Part shown: positions 57,202 to 64,000 of the stretch, piece by piece | Layout of the letters: each line of letters starts with the position of its first letter | Numbering within the stretch: the stretch's first letter is position 1 | Translations under genes and position numbers: made by a program | Notes under the pieces: generated by a model | What the model saw: only the letters and a program-made list of their open reading frames with translations | What the model was told of the DNA's origin: nothing | The model's database searches: none | DNA from: Thermodesulfobacteriota bacterium | GTDB taxonomy: Bacteria; Desulfobacterota; Desulfobacteria; Desulfobacterales; JAUWMJ01 | DNA length: 64,000 nucleotides | Direction of reading: 5' to 3' | NCBI GenBank assembly: GCA_034189135.1 | Contig: JAXHVO010000026.1 | Location: forward strand, 64,900-128,899

Positions 57202-58412
57202 TAGAATATGGGTTCCGCTGTTTTTATTTGATCGGGCCACACCACCTGCTTTTGTCCATTCTGCCATTGTATAATAAAAGTGTGCTGTCTTACCTGCTTT
57301 CCGTTTTTATCGACACCAAACCGGCCAATAATGGTCATGGTATCCAGATGAAACAATGCGTCACGAACCTTATCCTTATTGATGCTTCGCGCTTCGTTCA
57401 CTGCTTTTTCCAAGACCTGGCCCCCCGCGTAGGCCAGACCTGCATGATAACCCGGAGTTTCTCCATAGGTTTCAATGAACTGCTGATTGAATTTTTGTGC
57501 ACCTGGATAGTTGGCTCTGGGTTCCCATAGCGATGTTCCAAAAACAGATTCGGCGTCTGCCCCGCATCGGTCGAAAAAACCCTGAAGGGCGGGTCCCACC
57601 GAGGCGTAAAAGGCTTTCGGTCGCCATCCAATCCTTTTCAAAGCTTTTGATATGTTGACCGCTTCATTCATATGGCCGGATACCATCAGTACTTGCGAAT
57701 TGTTTTCTTTAGCTTTTAACACCAAGGGTTCCAGATTTAGCGTTCCCTTTTTGAATTTTTCATAATCAACAATATCCAAGCCGAATCGCCGGGCCCATTT
57801 TTTTGCGCTTTCGGCCAAATCAACGGAAAACGGATCGTCGGCATAGAGCAATGTAATTCTATCCAGCTCGTTTAAAACAAGCAGTTCTAAGAATCCGAGG
57901 GTAAATTTGCTGGCGGGTGTATAGACGCCGATGGTATTGCGATAACCTTTTTCCCACAGCCTATCGGCCGCTGCTCCTGCAATTAAGATGGGCATATCAT
58001 TTTCTTCCGCAACGGGTAAAACAGCTTCTGTAATAAGGCTGGAGTACGGGGCAAACAGAAAGTCGACATGCTCCTTTTGTATCAGTTCTCGATATATGGT
58101 GATGGCACGCTCGGGGTCGCTTTGATCATCTTTAACGATCACCCGTACAGGCCTTCCCAATATACCTTTTTGGTGGTTCACATTCTGTTCCCACAGTCTA
58201 AACCCTTTATTCAGAGCATCTGACATGACGGCAAACCGGCCGGTAAGTCCAAGACTGACGCCGATTTTTATCGGCTTTTCCGCCATGCATGGGGATGGGA
58301 AAAAAATCATCGCAATAATGAAAACCAGGGCAACCCGTTTCCATCGGACTGTCGACTTCAATACTGTCGAATGAAAAAAACCGAACCAAATGCTAAATAA
58401 AGGCATAACCAT
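57201..58412 (-). CDS. Periplasmic binding protein, LivK-like family, probable kinase co-sensor
   Basis: IKIGVSLGLTGRFAVMSDALNKGFRLW...DDQSDPERA...FAPYSS. Translationally coupled to the downstream kinase. Confidence 0.75.
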   Translation of the reverse strand: MVMPLFSIWFGFFHSTVLKSTVRWKRVALVFIIAMIFFPSPCMAEKPIKIGVSLGLTGRFAVMSDALNKGFRLWEQNVNHQKGILGRPVRVIVKDDQSDPERAITIYRELIQKEHVDFLFAPYSSLITEAVLPVAEENDMPILIAGAAADRLWEKGYRNTIGVYTPASKFTLGFLELLVLNELDRITLLYADDPFSVDLAESAKKWARRFGLDIVDYEKFKKGTLNLEPLVLKAKENNSQVLMVSGHMNEAVNISKALKRIGWRPKAFYASVGPALQGFFDRCGADAESVFGTSLWEPRANYPGAQKFNQQFIETYGETPGYHAGLAYAGGQVLEKAVNEARSINKDKVRDALFHLDTMTIIGRFGVDKNGKQVRQHTFIIQWQNGQKQVVWPDQIKTAEPIF

Positions 58413-58761
58413 ATGTATTTTTTCCTATTGTTGGGGTTAATGAAAAAAAGGATTGATCATTTCAAGTATTAAAGCGTTTGTCTGACAAATCGATTTTACA
58501 GCCCAGGTTTATTTTTTAGTTTGGTATCATATGCGGGCGTTGGGTGACGACCCAATTGAAATTGGTTGACCGGTATTATTATCTCATATTTCACAAATTT
58601 TCTCAAGTATAAGTATATTTAAGATATTTTTCAATATTGGTTATTCATAACCAAATATTATTTTCAACATTTCGCAGGCAGGTTACTCGCAGGTTAACTT
58701 GAGGGATAAGAGAGTTTTTCTAACAAACTGTAAAGATAGGAAAGAAAAACTGTAGGACCAA

Positions 58762-60342
58762 TTAAATATTTCTATTGCTTTGCAAAAGACCACTGATCAC
58801 CGTATGGAAAATGGACATTTTTGGTTTGTAAGTTTTTCCGCCAAGATATAACCGGTCCGTCTTTAATTGAAGGAGATCCTTTGGATTCATTTCAAGGGGA
58901 TTCTGATTTAAGACAACCATGTCAGCCATTTTGCCCTGTTGCAAACTACCGCGCTGATGTTCATCAAAAGTGGTCCGGGCCACTTCACAGGTGGCCATTT
59001 TCAGGGCCTGTTGAATAGATACGGATTGATCGGCGTCATAAGGATGATTGCATGCGCCATATATGGCTTCGATTGGATCAGGATGAGTCACCGGTGCATC
59101 CGAACCGGTGCTAAGATGTATTCCTGAATCGATCATGTCTTTCAGGGGTGAGCCTGTTTTTATCCGGGAACCTAAAATTTCTGCTAAATATGCCACCGGT
59201 TCTAAAGGACTGATTAAAAAGCCCGGCTGGAGGGTAATCCCGATTCCCAGTTTGGCACATTTTTCCAAATCTTCAGGTGATATTAAACATGCGTGGATAA
59301 TTGTATGTCGGTGGTCTTCTCTGGGAAAATCTTTTAAGGCTTGTTCGATAGCCATGACCGCTTGGTGGGTTGCCGCATCTCCGATGGCATGCATTTCGAT
59401 TTGCAAACCGGCCCGGTTTGCTTCTCTGGCAAATTTGGTCACTTCTTCATCTTTATAAAACAAAATGCCTTTATTATGAGGATCATTAGAATAAGGGTCC
59501 ATTAGGGCGGCATCACATGCACCAAAACATCCATCCAGAGCCGTGGCAAAACATCCTCCGATTCTGGGCAATTTTCGCTTTAAAACCTTTGCTACATCCA
59601 TGGTCTGGAAAAAAAGTCTGGTTTGGAATCTGTTTTGTTTCGTTTGAGCCCGTGCAATTAAACTTACTAAAGTAACATCCATATCCAGGGGAAACCCGAC
59701 CCCTTCAACCGGATGAATCATCCCGATACCTTTTTCGGCAAGCAGATCATAACCCTTGATGATGCTTTTAACCAGGATTAAAGGAGGGACCATAGAGGTG
59801 GCAAAATCGGTTGCGGCATAATAGGCTTCGTTAAAAAGTTGTCCGGTATCTTTATTGAATCCGCGTAGTTTATGGATATGTTGCGGAAGTTTATTTAAAA
59901 AATAGCTGTTTATGATACATGAATGCCCATCATAGCAAAACATGATCAATGGTTGATTTGGAGAAAACTCATCAAGTTCCTGTCTGGTAATCAATCTTTT
60001 TTCTTTGACCCTATGTTTTGACGCTCCGAAACAAAGAACCAGTTTGTTTTTTTTATTATTGGCCATGAAGGCCTTGATCATTTCTCCTGTTCCCGCAAAA
60101 TTTTGTGCGGACCGAATATCAAAAAATGAAGCAGCGATGAGTGCCCAGTTAGAAAAGTGAATATGACCGTCTCCAAATGAGGGTATCAGCGCTTTTTCCC
60201 CCAATTCAACTTGTGTTGCAGCTGAATAAGTCTCGGGCAGATGATCTCCCACATGTATAATTTTGCCTTTATCTTCAACTAAATAGCTGAATACATGGTT
60301 ATGCTGATCACAGGTGATTATGGTTCCATGGAAAATCTGCAT
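58762..60342 (-). CDS. Amidohydrolase-family metal-dependent hydrolase (YtcJ-like)
   Basis: PSFGDGHIHF (HxH), HAIGD, HTIIHAC and GSDAPV (Asp) are the amidohydrolase_3 pattern. Start uncertain: ATG 60342 or TTG 60366. Confidence 0.8.
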   Translation of the reverse strand: MQIFHGTIITCDQHNHVFSYLVEDKGKIIHVGDHLPETYSAATQVELGEKALIPSFGDGHIHFSNWALIAASFFDIRSAQNFAGTGEMIKAFMANNKKNKLVLCFGASKHRVKEKRLITRQELDEFSPNQPLIMFCYDGHSCIINSYFLNKLPQHIHKLRGFNKDTGQLFNEAYYAATDFATSMVPPLILVKSIIKGYDLLAEKGIGMIHPVEGVGFPLDMDVTLVSLIARAQTKQNRFQTRLFFQTMDVAKVLKRKLPRIGGCFATALDGCFGACDAALMDPYSNDPHNKGILFYKDEEVTKFAREANRAGLQIEMHAIGDAATHQAVMAIEQALKDFPREDHRHTIIHACLISPEDLEKCAKLGIGITLQPGFLISPLEPVAYLAEILGSRIKTGSPLKDMIDSGIHLSTGSDAPVTHPDPIEAIYGACNHPYDADQSVSIQQALKMATCEVARTTFDEHQRGSLQQGKMADMVVLNQNPLEMNPKDLLQLKTDRLYLGGKTYKPKMSIFHTVISGLLQSNRNI

Positions 60343-60606
60343 GGGGTTAAATCCTTTTTGAATCAATAAAATGAAGAGTTTTCAAAGCAGTATTCAATTT
60401 TATCCACACTTTAACCAGTCATTTCAATTTTTATCAAGGTTTAATTCAGCATACCGGGAAGATCGAAAGCGTTGAAATTGGCTTGCTGATACGTGTTAGT
60501 CCGGTATTTATTAATACCGGTAACTAAAAGCGTGTGCAAAAGCTCGACATTGACAATAATTTTCGGTTTTGATATTTTATGATCAGTCGTTGACTTGGAG
60601 GAAATA

Positions 60607-61170
60607 ATGCAGAAACTTACAAATGTAATCTTTCTTTCATTGTTGGTCGTTTTTGTTGGTTGCTCCGGAATCGAAGTCAGTCAGGATTATGATGTGACAG
60701 CCGATTTTTCCCATTGGAAAACATTCGACTGGTATTTGGCGAAGCAGAAAAAAACAGGCGATTTACGAGTGGACAATCCCTTGCTCGACTCACGAATACG
60801 CAAGGCGGTGGACAGGTCACTTGCCCAAAAAGGCTTTCGCAGAATTTTTAAGGGCATTCCGGATTTTTATGTCGGGTACAAATATGCGATTTTCACCAGG
60901 ATCGGTTCGGAACGTGTTCGCAGCGGAATCGGATTCAGGTTTGGGGGATCCGGCAGCTTCGGTGGTATCGGTATTGGAACAGGAACCGATGTCAGGGGGT
61001 ATGATGAGGGGATGCTGGTGATCGATATCACTGATACTCAAAACAAAAAACTCCTGTGGCGGGGAACCGGCACTCGTCGTGTGTCCAGGCATTCGGACCC
61101 AAAAAAAATAACCAAACAGATAAACCAAAACGTTGAGAAAATTCTTGCTCAATTTCCTCCCCATCCGTAA
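60607..61170 (+). CDS. DUF4136-type lipoprotein
   Basis: Lipobox LLVVFVGCSG. YDEGMLVIDITDTQNKKLLWRG matches the DUF4136 pattern. GGAGG RBS before ATG 60607. Confidence 0.65.
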   Translation: MQKLTNVIFLSLLVVFVGCSGIEVSQDYDVTADFSHWKTFDWYLAKQKKTGDLRVDNPLLDSRIRKAVDRSLAQKGFRRIFKGIPDFYVGYKYAIFTRIGSERVRSGIGFRFGGSGSFGGIGIGTGTDVRGYDEGMLVIDITDTQNKKLLWRGTGTRRVSRHSDPKKITKQINQNVEKILAQFPPHP

Positions 61171-61391
61171 ACAGCATTGCATGTTTGTTCAATTTATCTT
61201 TTCGGTTTTGAGTAGTCCTCAGTACCATTCCAAACAGTTTCCAGCGTTTTTGCAATCTTAGGTGAACGTTGGATTGTAAAACTTTTGTCATAACAGGTAA
61301 AGCTCCTTGCATTCGTGATGCGAACCGGTTCTAGTACCAATTTATTATCAATAAATGGCGCTATTTCTGTTAGAATGAGGAGAAGGTCGAT

Positions 61392-62282
61392 ATGTTCACT
61401 TGGATGCCGGGCCCGCAGCGCGGGGTTGTGGCCTTGGGACTGATGGCGGTCAATACCATATTCTGGTGTGTGCCGCTTTTTTTGGTTGCACTTTTCAAAC
61501 TGCTGGTTCCGGTTGGGACCTGGCGGCGCTGGTGTTCCGGCATACTTAACCAGATTGCGGTCTGCTGGATCCGGATGAATAATTTGAATCACCGCTTGAC
61601 CGCAAAAACACGCTGGAATGTGCATGGCCTTGATTCACTAAATCGGCTTGAATGTTACATGGTGGTTGCCAACCATCAATCCTGGACAGACATTCTGGTG
61701 TTACAGAGAGTGTTTAATCGACGGATTCCGTTGCTTAAATTTTTTATAAAAAAAGAATTGATATGGTTTCCCATGCTTGGGTTGGCTTGGTGGGCGCTGG
61801 ATTTTCCTTTTTTAAAACGGTATTCAAAAAATTTCATTAAAAAGCACCCCCATCTGGCCGGTAAAGACCTGGAAACCACACGCCGGGCATGTGAAAAATA
61901 TAAAAACCTGCCGGTGGCGGTGATGAATTTCGTTGAAGGCACCCGATTTACCAAAGCCAAGCAAGACAGACAGAAGGCACCGTTTGACAATTTGCTGCGA
62001 GCCAGAGCCGGCGGGCTTGCCTTTGCGCTGTCATCCATGGGCGGCAGGATGAAACGTCTGATAGATGTGACCATTGTTTACCCTCATCAGGGTAAAAAAA
62101 GTTTTTGGAATTATTTATGCGGCAATATCCGCGAAATCAAAGTGCAGGTGCGGCAACTTCATATCACTGAGCAACTCCAGGGCGATTATATCGGTGACCG
62201 GGATTTTCGTAAAGGGTTCCAAAATTGGCTCAATGACTTGTGGACCGAAAAGGATCAATTGATTAGCCAATTGCAATCCTGA
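61392..62282 (+). CDS. Lysophospholipid acyltransferase family protein (PlsC/YihG-like)
   Basis: NHQSWTDILVL is the HX4D motif and NFVEGTRF is the EGTR block. N-terminal TM segment. Confidence 0.8.
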   Translation: MFTWMPGPQRGVVALGLMAVNTIFWCVPLFLVALFKLLVPVGTWRRWCSGILNQIAVCWIRMNNLNHRLTAKTRWNVHGLDSLNRLECYMVVANHQSWTDILVLQRVFNRRIPLLKFFIKKELIWFPMLGLAWWALDFPFLKRYSKNFIKKHPHLAGKDLETTRRACEKYKNLPVAVMNFVEGTRFTKAKQDRQKAPFDNLLRARAGGLAFALSSMGGRMKRLIDVTIVYPHQGKKSFWNYLCGNIREIKVQVRQLHITEQLQGDYIGDRDFRKGFQNWLNDLWTEKDQLISQLQS

Positions 62283-62293
62283 ATGACAGACGC

Positions 62294-62557
62294 TCACGAG
62301 CTAAAAAGAGATTCTTCCCACCAACCGATGATCGAATCATATCTTTTAAATAAAACACCTTCGCTTTTTTCTATTTTCCTTATCCAGTCTCCCAGCGCCG
62401 AAGCATGATGAATAATCAAAGGGGTGCTGTGGTCGGGGAGAATATCATCAGCAAGTGCGTAAAGATCTATGACTTGCTGTATATTGACTGAGGTTTTTTT
62501 ATTGTCCCACGGGGTGGGATGGATGAACCCATGATTGCCGCCCTCCTTTCTCAGATA
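62294..62557 (-). other. 87-codon open continuation of the upstream gene, same frame, past an in-frame TGA
   Basis: Hand translation after TGA (62560-62558) gives YLRKEGGNHGFIHPTPWDNKKTSVNIQQVIDLYALADDILPDHSTPLIIHHASALGDWIRKIEKSEGVLFKRYDSIIGWWEESLFSS then stop at 62296-62294. Confidence 0.6.
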
Positions 62558-63688
62558 TCAGAAGTGGGACGGGAAATCGCTCTTTAGCTGTCTCATCAGC
62601 GTAACGGCCTTGAGGTTGGTTTCAACGGTTGTGCCTTTATTTAAATTGCGCAATATGGTGTCGTCAAAAGATTCAAAACCAATAGAAGCGAGTATGATTC
62701 GCATTTCCATCTTTTTTGCCAGATGAAGCGCTTTGATTAAATATTTATGCCCCTTAATGAACCAGTCCGCTCTCATGGTAAGGTTAATTTGTGAAAGGTG
62801 AATTCCTTTGGAAGTGATTTCAACTAACAAATCAGGAAGACCGGGCAGCGGATTTTCGTTTATCAGTTCAAAGGCAATTTTTCTTCCATCCGAACTTTCC
62901 GGAAGACAACGGATCTGGTCTAAAACTGTATTGATTCCCAGTGTTCCGTAAAATCCTTTGTCCACCGCTACATCACAGAAACTGCATCCCTTGCAATAAA
63001 GGCGGAATTTATGGTTTCCATTATTTTTCATAAAGGTCGGATAATCGATTTCCATGGATTTCTGCCGCGCAGCATATGGACATCCTATCTGTTGCAGGAC
63101 CTGGCCGGTTGTGATCTGGTGAGGCACAAGGGAAGAATCCTCCAACCTGTACAAAGTATTCCAGTTTACCTTGCCCAAAAATTGTTCATCCCAATTCTTT
63201 TTGGGGTGATGAATTGTTTTTTGGTATTTGTTCAAATAGAGAAGTCCGGGATTTTTCTGCCAGCCTTTATGATCCAGGTTTAGCAAAAGGCCTATCGCTT
63301 GCTCTGCAGGACCGTGGAGTGCAAAGGAAAAACAATCTGACAGGCCGGGAAACCGATGAGGATGATGCTGCCAATTTTTTTCTCCCCAATAGTCCACATC
63401 GGCCTGAGGCCCGGCCAGAATTGTTACTGCTCCCTCGTTCTTTAACTCTTTTGCAAAGGAGAAGAGATCGCTTCGGCCACTTAATGTCGAGAAACCAATG
63501 ATGGGTCTGTCTTTTGCGAAATAACCCAGCAGAGCTTTCTTGAGAAGGGTTTTGTCGTTGTTTCTAGTGACGGCGATAACGATGCAATCAAAAGGCGTGT
63601 TTTCCCGGATAACCGTGGCTGCCGTCTGGGGTCCGAGAAGTCCGTAAGTTTCATCTGAAAAGTAGCTGGTGATGATGGCGGTCTTCAT
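62558..63688 (-). CDS. B12-binding-domain-like / radical-SAM-like protein with atypical Cys motif; ends at an in-frame TGA
   Basis: Rossmann-like N-terminus, then QIGCPYAARQ and RLYCKGCSFCDV. The C-terminal part resembles a radical SAM barrel (IGFESFDDTILRNLNKG). ATG 63688 overlaps the upstream stop (ATGA). Confidence 0.6.
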   Translation of the reverse strand: MKTAIITSYFSDETYGLLGPQTAATVIRENTPFDCIVIAVTRNNDKTLLKKALLGYFAKDRPIIGFSTLSGRSDLFSFAKELKNEGAVTILAGPQADVDYWGEKNWQHHPHRFPGLSDCFSFALHGPAEQAIGLLLNLDHKGWQKNPGLLYLNKYQKTIHHPKKNWDEQFLGKVNWNTLYRLEDSSLVPHQITTGQVLQQIGCPYAARQKSMEIDYPTFMKNNGNHKFRLYCKGCSFCDVAVDKGFYGTLGINTVLDQIRCLPESSDGRKIAFELINENPLPGLPDLLVEITSKGIHLSQINLTMRADWFIKGHKYLIKALHLAKKMEMRIILASIGFESFDDTILRNLNKGTTVETNLKAVTLMRQLKSDFPSHF

Positions 63689-64000
63689 TCCCACCGGTTG
63701 CCGCCGACATTTTTCAAATCAATATAGTCAACCGTTCCACGGTTGCCGATAAATGAGGTGAGAAGCCAGCTTATGAGGCTGATCAAAAGTGAGCCGAACA
63801 CGGCCGACCAGAAGCCATGCACTTGGAAACCGGTTATGACGCCTGACGCCATCAGAAGCATAACCGCATTGATGACGAAGGTAAAGAGTCCCAGGGTCAA
63901 TACATTCAGAGGTAGTGTCAACAACAGCAATAAGGGCCGGAAAAAAGCATTCAGTATTCCCAGTATGGCGGCTGCAAAAAAGGCGGAGAAAAAACCGCTC
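63685..64000 (-). CDS. DUF360 / phage-holin-4-like small membrane protein (5' end outside window)
   Basis: The frame is open to the window edge. It reads ...ILNAFFRPLLLLLTLPLNVLTLGLFTFVINAVMLLMASGV, typical of YvlD/DUF360 proteins. Confidence 0.7.
   Translation of the reverse strand, partial: SGFFSAFFAAAILGILNAFFRPLLLLLTLPLNVLTLGLFTFVINAVMLLMASGVITGFQVHGFWSAVFGSLLISLISWLLTSFIGNRGTVDYIDLKNVGGNRWE

Noticed and set aside
61194-61625. A 143-aa minus-strand ORF spanning the DUF4136-acyltransferase intergenic region and the acyltransferase 5' end.
   Set aside because: It overlaps the well-supported acyltransferase start. The translation is Pro/Arg/His-rich with no motif. No RBS is present.

Overview
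This is a 64-kb chromosomal segment. Gene families and synteny suggest a Desulfobacterales-type anaerobe; that is my inference, not a database result. I call about 50 protein genes.

Housekeeping genes dominate. A minus-strand block runs ilvB-ilvN-ilvC-cimA-leuA, then topA, dprA, secF-secD-yajC and an RNase E/G gene. The plus strand carries leuS-lptE. Other calls are rpsT, murJ-ftsB, an lptA-like gene, pyrD, pyk and a glycerate kinase.

Two signalling islands interrupt this: 4.3-17.5 kb and 51.2-58.4 kb. Together they hold six hybrid histidine kinases (one frameshifted), three periplasmic binding proteins and two response regulators. At 0-2.4 kb there is a small cluster of poorly characterised families: Mrp/NBP35, NifX-like, DUF5320, a Gly/Arg-rich paralog and DUF134.

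I saw no rRNA, tRNA, CRISPR array, cas gene, transposase, integrase or phage gene.

The most unusual signal is non-coding. Two 239-bp elements (2619-2857 and 49268-49506) each have a 42-43-bp, perfect or near-perfect inverted repeat closing a roughly 155-nt core. The cores are about 79% identical. The arms have diverged between the two copies, yet every change on one arm is mirrored on the other arm of the same copy. I cannot assign them to any RNA or mobile-element family I know.

Other observations:
- A 142/159-bp MITE-like palindromic repeat has two copies, each between a stop codon and its terminator.
- An Ile/Leu/Val-rich leader peptide with explicit terminator and antiterminator pairings lies upstream of ilvB.
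- A radical-SAM-like gene continues for 87 more codons past an in-frame TGA.
- A two-kinase module recurs three times, with a PAS-for-GAF sensor swap between tandem paralogs.
- Several short tandem arrays and long inverted repeats are present.

All calls rest on reading the sequence and ORF translations. No searches or folding programs were run.
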